Below are positions 36,495 through 50,236 of a stretch of 64,000 bases of DNA, one piece after another. The DNA is from Phaeosaccion multiseriatum (taxonomy: Eukaryota; Protista; Ochrophyta, other classes): the NCBI GenBank assembly GCA_965112735.1, contig OZ218953.1:1612001-1676000 (forward strand). The letters run 5' to 3'. Each line of letters begins with the position of its first letter. Within the stretch, counting starts at the first letter, position 1. Made by a program: the position numbers and the translations under genes. A model generated the notes under the pieces. That model saw only the letters and a list, made by a program, of their open reading frames with translations, searched no databases and was not told the DNA's origin.

Positions 36495-38724
36495 TCAGCA
36501 GTCCCACATTCCCAGCGGTACAGTCCACGCTGACACCACCACCGCCACCGCTACACTCAGGAGGAGAGGCAGCACCACCGCTCGCCTGTTGCTGGTGAAA
36601 GGAAGGCTCCTCCTCGCAGCACCGGAGGTGGAGCTCGCTCCGTCAATCTCGCAGAATGTTCCTGAAGCGGTCTCGGGACACACGCACTTGAAGCCCGTGC
36701 ACTCCCCGACACCTGCGCACATGACGCCCTCATAGGAGCACAAGAGCTCGGGTGTGGAGCGGAAGACCTGGTAGGACAGAGAGCCTTCGTCTACTGTATC
36801 TCCCCCAAGCACGTAGAGGGCGGGCACCAATGTCCCCGCCGCGTTGGGCCCCTCCATCTCCGTGAGCTCTCGCTGCCAGGCCACCATTTCGTGACCCCAC
36901 TTGCCAATGTAGATGGGAACGTCGTCCACCGCCGTGAGGAACCACTCCATGGAGGAGTACTGGTTGGCCCCCTCCCCCTCCTGGTAGTTCACCTGCACCC
37001 AATTGGCGCCGTCGTAGGAGTACCACATATCCACCCGCCCAATCGTGTCGTAGACAATCTTACCCGTGCTCTGGTCTTCTCCCTTGTATGCACCCCCCGC
37101 TAGCCATATTCTCGGGCTCGAGCCGCCCCCCACGGAACCATTCACTCCACCAACATCTTCGTATGGGCTGTCCACCGAAGCCCACGTGACCAGGCTGTGC
37201 CAGGCGCGCGGCTCCCAGGGGGGGCTGTCGGTGACCAGCGTCCAATTCACAGCGTTTTGCGACGCGTACACATCGGCGCGAGATCGAAACCCGTCGTAGC
37301 GGGAGCTGTCGGAGGGCCACCCCCCAAAGCCCCCCGTGAGAAACATGGTGCTGTTTCCCTCCAAGGTGGAGGGGACCATGGTCAACCCCATGCCGCAGCG
37401 AGGCGACCACGCCACACTCTCCCCGGCCTCTAGCACTTGCCTCCACTCCATGTCCCAGCCCCCACCGTCTCGGCCGTGCACGTAGGTCACATCCGTGCCC
37501 ACCCAAACGTCGTTGGTTAGCGGTGAGCCCCCAAAGATGTACAAGCCCTCGTCGAGCACCGCAGTGGCGTGCCAGGCACGGGCCGTCCAGTTGGCGTACT
37601 GCACTATGTCCCATCGGCTGCCATCGAGACTCACCCATACGTCATTGTTTGGGTTCGGGGTGAATCCTCCCGTCAGCAGCATGGCCTTTGTGTCCGTTCC
37701 GTTGACCACGCAATTGAGCACGTCTACTTTGTGTCCGTATCTAGCGTACCAGGGGGCAAGCTCGCCCGGGTTCACTGCGTCGAAGTTTTGTGCCCAAAAA
37801 TCTCCGGTGAGGGTAAAGAACTTGACCCAATTCACGCCATAATCCTCGCTGTACCACACGTCGGCCAAGCGAGACGTGTACTCCAGGTTGTAGGCCTGCA
37901 ACGGCGACGACGGTGTGAATGGTGCGTGCATGCATGGTGCAGTAATGTGATTTGATGAAGGGGGGTGACATACATTGAGGAGGAGCATCTATTTTTTCCC
38001 AAAGTCGCGAGGGGGATGGACCAACGCCGCCCCTCCTCTAACCTTGTTTGGCCTCTCTCTCTCTCTCTTTTATTATGCTTTCTGAATTTCTGTCAGCGTG
38101 TTGTAGGTAGCAGCCCCTCTCTCGCCTCCTCCGCCCCTCTCCACCAAGCCTACATTGAACGCTTCTCCCTCCCTTGGGCACAGCCCCACACACCTGATAT
38201 AAGTCACTTCGTCCTCCTATGACCCAGAGCTTGTCGTCAAACACAGTCGCTGCATGACCCATCCTGGCTGTAAACGCACTCGAGTCATCTCTAGTCGTCT
38301 CCACCCAACTTGCAGCCGGGAAGTCGTACGCCGACACGGCAGTAACACGTAGAGCAGCAGCCATAAAGCAGCCAATGCCTACTGCGGCAAGTCGGAAGGT
38401 CTTCGCTCTTGCCTCTTTTCGTCTCCCCCCTCGTACCGCTAGTCCTGCTGCAGCAGCTGGGGCGACCGAGTATGGTAGTGGGCAAGAGGGCGACGATAAA
38501 ACCCATGATGACCATCCTCCCTTGGCCATGGCCAGGTTTCTCAATTCGGCCCATCCTGGCCAGGAGCCTGGGCAGCAGGGATCAGCCGACGGTACTGGCT
38601 CTCTTGCTCTCCTTCTCTTCTTGGCCTTGAATGAGCTGCTGATGTAGAAGGAGCGGTGGCTCGCTCTCCTTTTTCCTGCAAGCCCTCCAGAGCCTTCAGG
38701 CCCGTCCTTCCCGGTACTCTTCAT
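36495..38724 (-). CDS. Extracellular Kelch-like beta-propeller protein with EGF-like domain and C-terminal membrane/GPI anchor, 2 exons
   Basis: Repeats ARMGHAATVFDDKLWVIGG, ARYGH, ARAWHATAV..LYIFGG, PRAWHS, each followed by D-V-W/Y-x-S. EGF-like CAGVGECTGFKCVCPETASGTFCE, hydrophobic tail. Intron about 37896-38193. Start codon uncertain. Confidence 0.8.
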
Positions 38725-39007
38725 TTTTTTGGGTTGGTGCGTCCTAAGATCTTGTGGAGGGATGTGGAAGCCACCCCAGAGGAGTGAAAGCGGGCACAAT
38801 GTTTTCGGTTTTTCCTTCTGCTATATGCGAACAGTGTATCGCGGGGCGGGCGCGGGGCGGGATGCCAATTATTGCGGCGCTCAACGGGCGCCTCACAGGG
38901 GCGAACGTGGAGAACCAAGACATGTACTTCAGGTGCCTCGCTCGACCAAATCCAAAGCCAAAACAGCAACAAAGAGGAGAAGCGTCATCGAACCGACCTC
39001 GTGCGAG

Positions 39008-40492
39008 ATGATAGAGCTCCTGTCGAAATCGGCTTCCGCGTCGTTGGTACTCCTCTCCTCTTTAACGTACTGTTCCTGCTACCTCACGCCCTCCACCACC
39101 TCGGCTTTTCGGACGGGGCCGGCGGCAGTAGCAGCAACGGGAACAGTAGGACAGTCAGTTCTGCGAGGAGGCATTGTTGGCGCGGGAAACCTACCGCTAT
39201 GGTGCTCATCGGGGAGAAGACATGCCCAGAGATCCGATCGCTCCGGAGATGACAGATGTAGAAACCTCTGGTCTCGGCGAAGACACAGTGGCAGTCGTCT
39301 CGGTAGTTCGTCAGCAGCCGTAGAAGTAGCTGTAGAGCAAGAAGAAGAAGAAGAAGGAGAGGAAGAAGGAGCAGGAGGAATAGCAACAACAGAGGCTACA
39401 GTACCAGAAGGAGACATAGCGAGAGCAGGAGCAACAGCTGGGGTCGAGCTGCAAGCAGCGGAGCATCGCGATGACCACTTCATGGGCTTGGCTCTCCGCC
39501 ACGCTGCCCAGGCGTATACACAGGGGGAAGTCCCCATAGGGGCTGTCCTGGTCGACTCTGAAGGTGAGCCTGATGGGACGTTTGTTGTGAGGGTTGGTGC
39601 TGCCGCTTGTCTCTCGGGCCAATAGAGCACATCTTGCCCGTTATGCCGTATTCCGGGGGAGAATTCATATCCAATTCCCCAAGTCCTTCGTCTCTTTCCA
39701 TTCAGTACTTGAGCGAAACATCACCATTCATTTCTATCTTCTTTTCTTTTCTCCGCGCCCTTTTTGTTTTGGCCCCAAATGGCAGGCTCCGTATTGACTG
39801 CAGCAGGCAACGCAGTGGAGGCCCTCCAGGATGCCACCGCGCACGCGGAGATGCTGACGATGCGTAAGGCCGCCTCTCTACAGGACAACTGGCGCCTCAC
39901 AGGCACCACTCTCTACACCACGCTCGAGCCCTGCGTCATGTGCCTGGCCGCCGCGCAGGTGAGAGCAGGAAGGCAGTGGACGGCTTCAGCTGTGGTCCTG
40001 AGGGGGGGGGGGGGGGGGGATGTCATCGGGGGCAGGAACTGTGTGGGGTAGAAGGTTGGGGGGGCGCAAGGGCTCACGTCCGACTGTCTGACCCACGCCT
40101 TCCGTCACCACAAAATACACACACACACACACACACATACATGCATACATACATACACATACACTCACACGCGTACTGCCCCCCCACACACACCTCCCTC
40201 CATGCCATACACTGAACAGCAATTCCGTGTAAAAAAGGTTGTTTTTGCCGCGCCGGACTTGCGTATGGGGGCTGCGGGCAGCTTTGTGAATCTGCTGGAC
40301 CACGAGCACCCCTTCCACGAAATCTCGGTGCGGGGGGGCGTGATGGAGACGCAGAGCGCTTCCATGATGAGGCGATTCTTTCGAAGCAGACGCAAGGTGA
40401 GAGAGAGGGGGGAGGAAGCAAGCATCGAGAAGATCACCTCAGCTCACCTCCCGCTTGTCAGTCGACTGGCCAGTATCTTTCTTTCTTTCTGA
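39008..40492 (+). CDS. tadA: tRNA(Arg) adenosine-34 deaminase TadA, probably plastid-targeted, 3 exons
   Basis: FMGLAL..A..GEVPIGAVLV, DATAHAE, NWRLTGTTLYTTLEPCVMC, GAAGS..NLL...HPFH, RRFFRSRR. N-terminal hydrophobic stretch plus TSA-FRT motif. Confidence 0.92.
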
Positions 40493-41688
40493 CACTCTCT
40501 CTGAGTCGGTGTAGGTTTGTTTGAGGGGGGGCTTTCGGCACGACACGTTGTTTGCATCACACCACAGGCCGCAGGGGGGGGTGGACCCGGAAGCGGAGAA
40601 GGAAAAGCTGCCGCAGGAGGCCTGTTTTTTCAATTGGCTGTCTTTTGCTTTCCCTTTCCCCCTGTTTTGGTCTTTCCAATTTCCTCAAACTGCCTTGCTT
40701 TATTTGCGTCATGGAAAATGCTTGCTTTTTCGCTTTCCACTTCGGTAGGGCCTCATATCGGAGAAGTATAAGAGGAAGGAGGTCAATCCCACAGCAGAAG
40801 GCTCTGGAGTAGAGGAGGGGGAGGAAGTGGATGAGGATTGCTCTCGGGAGAGGGACGGAGGACGCCTTCCCACACATACGGAGGTGGAAATATCTGAACA
40901 GGAACGGGAGTTACCCGACTACATGGCACCGGGTCTCTGTACACGTGTGCCCCTTTGAACCCCATCGCCAGTCCCCTCCTCCCTCTCGGACTCCTTGAAG
41001 CGCTGTTAGTCTCCCGCCAGTCATCGTGTGGCCTCCCATGAGCGAATGAGACAGGGACTGCCAATGAAACGGCAAGGCGGCCCAGGCCTCCCTAGTGCTG
41101 GTGAGTAGCGGTGGGGAGGCAGGGAAGGAAGGCAGACTGGCTCTGCTGGCGACGGCTCTTGAGTGTGGAGTGTCGAACCGTTTGTCGGGTGACAAGTGTC
41201 GGTCGAGGCAGCGTGACATGGGGTGGGGGGAGGGGCGGCATCGAGAGAGCTGAGATACTGCTAGTAGGTGCAAGTGCTGCGCTGAGATGGAACGGAAGGA
41301 AGCGAGGCAAGTCGAGCGCGGCGCACCGCGCCTCCCACTGGCGGAGGTGTGGGCCTTTCGGAGCTTTGCTTGCGGCTATGCTATGGGTATGTGCGCTACA
41401 ACCTCCGGGCCTTTCTCCACTTCATGCCACGGCAGGATCAGGCATGGCAAGGGGCGAGACGCTTCAGGTCTCAGTTTGGGCCATCGCCGACGAGGAGCTG
41501 CTTACATGTCACCAACTGTTGCTACAGTACCGGCGGTGGCGGGGGATGTCGGCCACTGACAAATGGCAACCCTCACCCTCAAACAAGACAATAGGAAAAG
41601 AGAGAACACCGCCGCCATCGCGAGGGCATTCGCCTAATTCGAGTGAGTCACTCCCTCACAGACAGAGCCCACCAAGAGCTTGGCCAAC

Positions 41689-41694
<6 letters not shown>

Positions 41695-41727
<33 letters not shown>
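41695..41727. repeat. (TA)n microsatellite
   Basis: Visible run. Confidence 0.9.
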
Positions 41728-41731
<4 letters not shown>

Positions 41732-42054
41732 CGTACGCTCTCTGTATTTAAAAGCTAATTATTAGGGCAAAACCTATGTGGATGGATCGTGCCAGCCCTG
41801 ACCACGGCTTGCAGCCAACAGGCAGAGCTGTTCAGAAACCACTGTGGCTCTCCCTTGTCGCTCCTGTTTTTGCTTGTCGTTCAGCAAGGCTCAGGAGCTC
41901 AAAGAGAATCTGCACGCCAGTGAAGAGTAAAAATGCCCAGAGAGGTGTAGCACCACCAAAGTAGAGCATCACGGTAGTGCATGCAACAACCCACCCACCC
42001 CAAACCCCTACCCCCCCCCCCCCCCGCCCTCTGAGCCAATCCAATCAAATCAAA

Positions 42055-44537
42055 TCACCTCGACGCCTTGTCAATGTTCCAGCCATTCTCCTTGCTGAGC
42101 GCCTTGATGATGGCCCTGACCCTCGCCTCCTCCTGTAACTTGGACTCCTGCACCTTTGCGGAGTAGTCGTCCTGCACCTGCTTGCTCCCCTCCTCAAACG
42201 CTGTCTCAATCCCCTTCAAGCGCTCCCCCACGTCGTCGTAAATGTCACATAACTCGTCAATCTTCTTCTTGACAGCCTTTTTGAACACACGCCCCTCCTC
42301 CAACTGAATGTCCTTCTCCTTCGACATGTCTGTAACTGCCATTTTGGCCTCGTTCTTGAGGTGCATTTTCCGCTCTGCGAGGCGGCTTCGAGCCCCGTTG
42401 CGAAGTGTCCTTTCCACCGAGCGGAGGTGCGTTTTGAGCTCCAAGCGGTAGCTATTCCTGCTTTGATTTTCTGGCTGAAAGAGGCAAAAGGGAAAGGAAA
42501 AGGGAAACGCAGGCGGACGGACAAGCAAAGGATGTGAGAGGTGAACGGAACAGACATTACTACTACTGACCACAACCCACCAAAGAAAGACGACGAGAAG
42601 AACAACAGGGTAACCCGAGACCCAACCCCCCCAGAGCCATCTCTTCGTCCAGCATGCCCCCTTCATCACTGCTATACTCGCTACTAACTGACCTTCTGCA
42701 ACGGATGTCCGGCCTCTTGGCGGGCACACTTTAGTGCTTCTCGTGCGAAGCGGAGCAGGTCCTCATCCACGTCGATGCCCGTCGCGTCGAGTGTGGAAGA
42801 GGTGAATCCCACAGCCGCTTCGGCTTCGTTGGGGGCCGTGGGGGGTGATGTTGACATGCTTTCTCTGCTGGCCTTGCTCGTCAAGTTACGGGCCGTAAGC
42901 TTGTCTGCCTCTCCCGTAGGGCGTCCCTCATCCTGAGGCGATCGCCCCCCCTCCTCCGAGGCCCTTCCATTCAGCTGCGCTGCCTCCTCCGCACCACCCC
43001 CCCCACCCGCCGCAGTATCCTGTTCAGACGCTGAAGGGAACGCAGCGCGACCGTCTCGGGTTGCCTCACCTCCAGTCTGTACATTCTGCTCCCGCTCCTG
43101 CTCCTCCTCCTGCTGCTGCTGCGGAGGCGGCGGCGGCTGCTGCTGCTGCTGCTGCTGTTGTTGTTGCTGCCGCTGCTGCTCCTCCAGCTCTTGCTGGTCC
43201 AGCTCTTCCCCATCGCTCAGACCCTCTAGAATACTGGGACTCCTGGATCCGTCGAAAAACCCACCAATACCGCCCCCCACCGACCCGTCCGTGCCATCGT
43301 CATTGAACTGCACCTTGATCCGATTGATCATGGATCGGATCTGCTTCCTGCTGAACCCATCGTCCGCCGACTCCTCCTTGGCGTCGTCTCCCTCGTCCTC
43401 CTCTCCTCCGCCCCCCCCTTGCCCTTGGGAGGCCGACATAAGCCCCTCCAAATCTGATGGGAAAGGCATGCGGTAAGGCGCGTCTAGCTCCGAGGCGTCT
43501 TCGGACTCTGCTCCTGCCTCTGCCGCCGCCGCCGCCGCTGCTGCTCGCTGCTCTCCACTCATACCCGTGTTATACGAGCCCCTGCTGCTCAGCTTTTGTG
43601 CCTCCACCCGGACCCGCTGCTGCTCCTTCTCCCGCTCTGCCCCCGCTTGCATGGCCCGCTGCTCCTCTCTGAGCTCCTGCGATTTACGCTGTAGCGTGGC
43701 GAGGCTGCTATACTGTTGCTGTGGGTGCCGCCGCTCTTCCGCCTCCTCCGCCTGCTCCTCCTGCTCCTCCTGTAGCCGCCGCCGCTCCATCACTTGCAGT
43801 CGCATCACCTGCTGCTGATAAGGGAAATTCATCACCGCTTGAGGGTTCGACCGATCCTCGCCGTGGTAGGGCGCCCTGATGGCGGCCGCAGCGGGTCTCT
43901 GGTAGGGCGTCCTGGTGGCACCCACAGCGCCCTCGACCCGCCCAGAGCGCCGGTTCTCCCCCATGGGAGGCTCCAAGACTTCCTTCTTGACGGAAGGTCC
44001 CCCAAGGCCATTGGGCAGCTGATCTTGGGGCGTCTTAAATTTGTCCGAGTCCACATTGTCCATCTCCTCATGCACGTACTGGTCGAGCTCCAGCTCAGCA
44101 GTGGGGGTTTGGAGCGAGGGGGGGGGCGGCGCCTGCGCCAATGGAGAATGTGGTCTAGGTTCTCTAATGTCCTCCGAGTACTCCGTGGTATATCCAGTGT
44201 CGGACGGAGCAGGCGCCTGCTGACTCATTAGTGATGATCGTTCTCCTTCCCCCCCCAGCACCCGCCCTCCCGCTGAGCTTCCGCCTGCTGCTGAACCGCC
44301 CGCTGCGCCCCCCCCTTCCGCCACCGTCCTGCCGTTCACCTCGAGCGGCCGCATTCCACCCGAGGAAGAGCCGTTCTGCTTCCCACTGCCCCCTTGCTGC
44401 TGCTGCTGCTGCTGCTGCTGTAGCAGGAGCTGCTGATCCATGGAAGAGGGCCAGGTGATGCCCAGCTCCTCAATCACGCCGCCCACAGACCGATCCTTCT
44501 TGTCTTTGGAGCCCCATGTCTTCACAAAGGACCTCAT
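42055..44537 (-). CDS. Hypothetical protein: long disordered N-terminus plus C-terminal coiled coil, 2 exons
   Basis: 617-aa ORF to donor LQK|GTCAGT (about 42692), acceptor about 42475, then a helical K/E-rich exon ending ...NIDKASR-TGA. Confidence 0.7.
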
Positions 44538-46824
44538 TCTAGAGGCGTGAGCCCGCGCCGCTCTTGCAGTTCAAGTGCTGGGGCCCGGGCTGCTCTGCAG
44601 TTGAGCTCGTTCCGAGGAGGCCGAAACTTGGACCAGTTCCGAGTCGATGGAGAGGGCCACACGGAGGTAGACTCCCGCTCCAAAGCGTCCCCGGCGCTCC
44701 CCACTGCAGGCGAGTCGCAGGGCGTCCACGCTTTAGAGCAGTGGCACAATCGGTCACTCGGATCGTGTGAAGGGGCGGGAGAAGCTAGGAGGCCCCAGCC
44801 CTCGGAAGAAAAAAGCAAAGCTCCTTTCAGCGCGCGCGTCAATTTCAAAGCACACAGGGATACCGCCCGCGTCTCTCGTACTCCCAGCTGTATATACTCT
44901 GACCTCACTCCTTGTTCTGGCTAATGCTCGATCCCTACAGCCTTTGGAAAAATTGAGTAGATTTGATAATAAATAAGCACTTACGTATATGCCTAAAAGT
45001 ACAAGAAGAGCGTGATGCCGGCCGCCTCTCTCTCTCTCTGGACACCCCGCTCGAGGAGCGCAGGAGGAGAGGGAGGGAGATGCTCTACGCTAGTAGGGGC
45101 CTCGAGTGGGCCGATAAGGTGTCTCGGCGCTCTTGAGACCTTCAAAGGAGGGAACCAGGCACATTTCCTTACCGGCGTCAACTTGCCGCCCACTCTGCCT
45201 AGACTGTATCGAGGGCGGCTTCCTTCCTTCTTCTTCCTCTTCCACGCAGTACCTGGTAGTAGAGAAGAAGCACCAGACAGAGGCAGAAACGAGGACACTA
45301 CCGGAACGGTTAGGTAACTACAGCCCGGCTAGAAACAAAAGACGATGCACAACACCAAGGAAGAGCCGCGGAGATATTGGTGTCTTTGCGCCCTGCGGAG
45401 ACACAGGCAAGAAGGAGAAACAGACAAGCAGGGTATCTCCTTTTCCTTCTCCTATGGTTAATTTGACTGGTCTGCTCTGTGTGTATCACTCGTGTGCCTG
45501 TCTCCTCGCCTTCAGGTTTGGAGCGACGAAGCGTGACACATGTGAGCACACTTAACACCCCCCCGTCTCTCAGTGGACTTAACTCGTCGAAGCTCGCATT
45601 GCCGAGCTCTGAGAAGGCGCCCCGCTCATTTTCAAGATGAATTTCGGGTCTACAGAGTACGCTCAAGGTCCCAAAGAATGGCGGAGGGTCGGCCCCGGAC
45701 AAACTCCTGAGTTATCGCTATCGCCAGCCTCTGCCGGCCCGCCACCACTTATTGCCCGCCACCAGCAAAGGTATATGGGCAATGTAATGAAAGGCATATG
45801 GGCAGGGTAGGGCAGGGCCAGCGCCGGCCGGCGCGCGTGTATCAGCGAGCCGACGTGTGCAAGGCACGCTACCTGCCAGTGACGTGTGCCAATGGCATAG
45901 CCGTCGAGAAAATGCGATAGCGCGTCAGGGGCCGAGGAGGAAAGCACGTGGAACGGAAGGAGGAGGAGGAGGAGGAGGAGGAGGAGGAGGAGGAGGAGGA
46001 GGAGGAGGAGGAGGAGGAGGAGGTGTAAATACCTACCTGCTACCACTGGCGCGTTAGCAAGTGTCAACCGGCATTCCTATTGCCGCTGTCATCCGAAGCG
46101 ATTCGGGCCAGCTACCTGCTACCGGCTCAGCAGGCCGGTACTAGTAAAGTACCGAAGAAAAGGTCGGTAGCATGTCAGAATTCGAGCAGCAGCCTACCCA
46201 GCAACAAGAGTAGGCATAGCGGACCCTGGAGTATCGTCTGTACATGTACGCGGCTCGGGGGGGTACCAACGAAGCGGGAAGAGGAACAGTTTCAACCGTT
46301 GCAAGGTCCAGGTTTACAGTCGAGGTCAAGGCAACATCAACCGGCCGTGTCGCGGGCGGCAATCAGTCAAAACAAGAGTAAAGGGCGCTGGGAAGGGGGC
46401 AGGGCATGCCCGGTGATAGCAATAGCACGCTGGCGCTGACGGAAGGCTGGCAGCAGGAATAGAAATGGTTGGCGCGCCGGGCTGGGGCTCGGAATCGGCG
46501 GGGAGCAGAAGCTGGACAGCCGGGTTCGACGCACACGAGCGTAGGCGCGAAGGGCGAACGACCCCCGCGAGCTTTGACAGAACAGAGCAGAGTAGAGTGC
46601 TGGACCATTGCTTGCAGGGGAGAGACGTGTACGTGGAAAGTGTTTGCGTTTCCTGAAATGTTGTAAACTTGGATCACTCGAAAGTGTTGCCTCAGCTCCT
46701 TCGTCCCTTTAGTGTGATGAAAAATGTTTATTTCCGCGCCGTGGTGCGGCATCCTCCTCTCTCCTACTCGTATGTATTTACACGGAAATTGTCTTTCGTC
46801 TTTCACCACCTCTATAAAACGGGT

Positions 46825-46838
46825 GGTGTTGAGACGCC
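46825..46838 (-). terminator. Degenerate histone 3' stem-loop of H1-A
   Basis: Minus strand GGCGTCTCAACACC-ACCC: 2 nt shorter and mismatched compared with the other three copies. Confidence 0.55.
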
Positions 46839-46882
46839 AAACCGAATGAAAGGACTTTTGTGTGCATGTGCATCTTGCTCTC

Positions 46883-47608
46883 CTACTTGGCCTTGGTAGC
46901 CTTGGCCTTGGTGGTCTTCTTGGTCACGGTCTTCTTCTTGGCTGCGACGGGCTTCTTGGCTGGCTTCTTCTTGGTGGGAGTCTTGGCCTTGGGCTTCTTG
47001 GTGGGGGTCTTGGCCTTGGGCTTCTTGGTAGGGGTCTTCTTGACAGCGGCCTTCTTCTTGGCAGGGGCAGCCTTCTTTGCTGGCGCCTTCTTGGCAGGAG
47101 CTGCCTTCTTGGCGACTGCGGTCTTCCTCACGGGCTTCTTCTCGTCAGGGCTCAGCTTGTAGGAAGCCCTGCGGAAAGGAGGGGGGGAGTTGGGGAGTTG
47201 AGGCGGAGAGGAAGGCAAGCCGTTAGACAAGAGAAGCAAGGCCAACGACAAGAATCGTAGGGAGGGACGGCCCAAGAGTACGAGGGCAAAGGCGAGAGAG
47301 AAGGCAGAGGGGCGGGGGGAAGTACAACGGTAGACGAGAAATGGAGCACGCGCCACAAGCAAGGGACGGAAGTCAAGGGCGAAGACGGGAGGGTGATGAA
47401 AGCCGGCGAGTGTGGGGAGAATGACTCACTTAATCTTGATGAGCTTGCCCATCTCCTCCCCCTTCTTGAGGGCGGCCTTGAGCTGGTGGGGCTGGAAGTT
47501 GACGTCCGCGTGGTTGGCTTGGATGTACTTCTTAATGGCGGGCAGGGAGCTGCCGTTCCTCTCTTTGAGGGACAGGAGGCACTCCTTGATCATGGCGTAG
47601 TAGGTCAT
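46883..47608 (-). CDS. H1: Histone H1 (copy A), 2 exons
   Basis: Globular domain [29 protein letters not shown]...LIKIK-ASYKL, intron 47429-47169, then a K/A/P/T-rich tail with TPxK motifs. Confidence 0.95.
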
Positions 47609-50166
47609 TGTTGGTGGCTGTTGTTGGTAGCTCTTGTTCGTGGCTGTGAGCGGAAAGCGGGGGAAGTCGGAAGCGAAAAAGAAGGGCAACGTCAAGCAGC
47701 GCACAACAAAGGCGGCAGTGCGAACCGAAGCAAAAGGCAGATGTCAGAGTGGTAGTAGAGAAGGGGCTGAGGACGGGCCTTGAGATTAGACCTCGAGAGA
47801 CCCCGACCAAGTTGAGAGCTCCGCACTCGGGGCAGGTCAAAAAGAGTCGTTGAACAACAGCAAGAGATGACGCTCGATGGCGTCGCGACGCCGCAGCTTC
47901 GCCCAGGTGCCATGGGCCACAGCCCGGAGCCCCTTCGTTTCGCCACGCCCCACCCCGTTGCTTCGCTCAGCTCTTTGCCCTCTGTTTGGCTCCGTGCTAC
48001 CTGGCTCCCCCCAAAACCCGTCTCTTCACTTTCCAACCGCCGCTCGCCCTGCTGCTCCTCGTTCTGCGTTTCGACTGCACTCGGTAACACGCCAAGTATT
48101 TTCTCCCCCTCTCCCCTCTGCTGGTCCCTGTCCCGCCTCTTCGCTTCCAGCGCACGTACCTTGGCAAAGAGTCGAAGTCGAAATGAGAGAGGGCTTGAAA
48201 ATCAGCAAAATCTGCTCAAAACGGCATCCAAAATCGGTGCAGCGAAATCGAAATCGAGGAACCGAAACCGATGAGGTGCCTAAGAGTAACAAAGTCTCAT
48301 CTTCTATGTATCGTTGTCCCTCCCCTCCTCCCTTTGCATTATGCCGCTGCCCTGCGTAGGGATTAGGAGAGCATTTGGAGGAGGTGGAGCGAGGAGCAAG
48401 GGTTAGTACGGGAGACCTATAGCTTCCTCACGTCACATCACAAATACGCTCGATCTCTGCCCCATCCGAGGTTCCTTCCTCGTCGTCCACTACTCACCCC
48501 CCCCCCAGGCACACAGACCCTTCAACCCCACATCACAGCACCTCTCCTCCCTCTGACACAGCCTCGTCTTGACTTGGCACGTACTACCGATTCTCCTTCT
48601 CCCCTCTCTCTGTGTCTCTCTCGCTCCAGCACTCTTTCCTTTTGTCTTGGCCCGTACTGCCTATTCTCTTTCTCCCTTTTACGCTCTTTCGTCTTGTCTT
48701 GGCGCGTGCGGTCTACCCTCTCCGTCTCTGTTCCTCTCCCTCTGTGTGCCTCTCTCTGTCTCTTCCTCTCTCCAGCTTTCGCTCTTTCGTGAGAGCAGCT
48801 CGACCTGGCGCGCCAGCTGGCCACGGGTGTTGAGGAACCTCAGAAAGATGCCAACAAAGACAGCAGCAGCAGCTGTAGCAGTAGCAGCAGCAGTAGCTGT
48901 GGCAGCAGCAGTAGCATCAGCAGTGGAGCTGCCACCGGAATGGGTTGGTCGACCCTCGCAGCTACGGTACCTACGGCCCGGCCGGTAGGTGCGATGCGAC
49001 CCCAAGCAGAGCCGCGGAGACGTTGTCGGGGGGCAAGGTTAGTTTGGGTACGGTGGGGAAGCAGGCAAGCAGGGAAATTCCTCCTCCTCCTCTTCCCCTT
49101 TTATCTCATTAACTTGACTGCTCTGCTTGCTTCTGTTCGTATCACTCCTCTTTCTATCTCCCTGTGCCCGTCAGATCTGAGGAGTGGTGGTGGAGCATAT
49201 GCCCTCACCACCACCTGTCTGCGTGGACCCAACTCGTCGAAGCTCTTAGTGCCAAGTTGGGATCTCGGAGAGGAGGGGCAGCGTTTTTCCAGCGGGCCCT
49301 TCGGCCCCCGACAAGCTTCTAGAATCTCAAACCGGACTTCGCCAGCCGGAGGCTGACATGTATATGCCGATTTCCCTCATATTGAGATCGAGTTTGTCCG
49401 CGCAGCTGGAAGCTGGAAGCCGGCTGGCCCTGGAAACTTGGCGAGGCCCGCTTCCATGGTGACTATTGGAGGCCCTATAGATTTGTCGGCCCCTGACAAG
49501 GTTCTGAGGCGACCCAGGCCAGAACCTGGAACCTGGCCGGTAGCCTGGAACCTGGGTCGCTCAAAACCTTGTCAGGCAGGGGCCGAGATTTGAGCGAGGT
49601 AGATGTCTCGAACGACGAGAAAGCGTTGAAAGGAGGGAGGTCGCGGCAGCAGCAGTCTGCCAGCAAACACAGTACAAACGGCGGACCCTGGCGTGTGCCG
49701 TCTGAGCATGTACGCGGCTCGGAGTACCAACGAAGCGAGAAGAGGAGCAGTTCGGGGGTCGAGGTTGACACCCAAAGTCGAGTTCAACCGTGCATGGGCC
49801 CAGCGGTGGCAATCACAAGGACAAGAGCTATAGGGGCGATGGCATAGCACGCTGGCGCTGATGCTGGTAGCAGAAGTAGTAGATGGCTTGGGCTGACTCG
49901 CGGTAGGTAAGATGAATGGAATGGACAAGAGGTTGAGCCCTTCCGCTGAAAACGCCAGCGGAGAGGCAAGCGCTGACAGTACGTAGGACTCGTCTTCCTC
50001 AAAGGATAATAATCGACACTCGAGCATGTTAACTTCTTGCGGTGTGTGCACAAAGGAGGAAGGCAAGGAGAAGCATGAAATGAACTTGTCGAAGTACCAG
50101 GACAAACCAAACTGGCAGTGGTGAGAGAGAAGAGAGCGGGAGGGACGTCGTCTCTTTCGAAAGGGT

Positions 50167-50182
50167 GGTGTTGAGAAACACC
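50167..50182 (-). terminator. Histone 3' stem-loop of H1-B
   Basis: GGTGTT-TCTC-AACACC followed by ACCC; GAAAGAGAC downstream (50158-50150). Confidence 0.85.
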
Positions 50183-50236
50183 AGTTTTGGGTGAATTCAC
50201 TCTGTGTGTGAGTCTGACTGTAGGTTCGTGGCTGCT

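Noticed and set aside
46860-47162. Hydrophobic 'membrane protein' ORFs (also 50187-50525 and 52168-52467)
   Set aside because: Antisense of the Lys-rich H1 tails.
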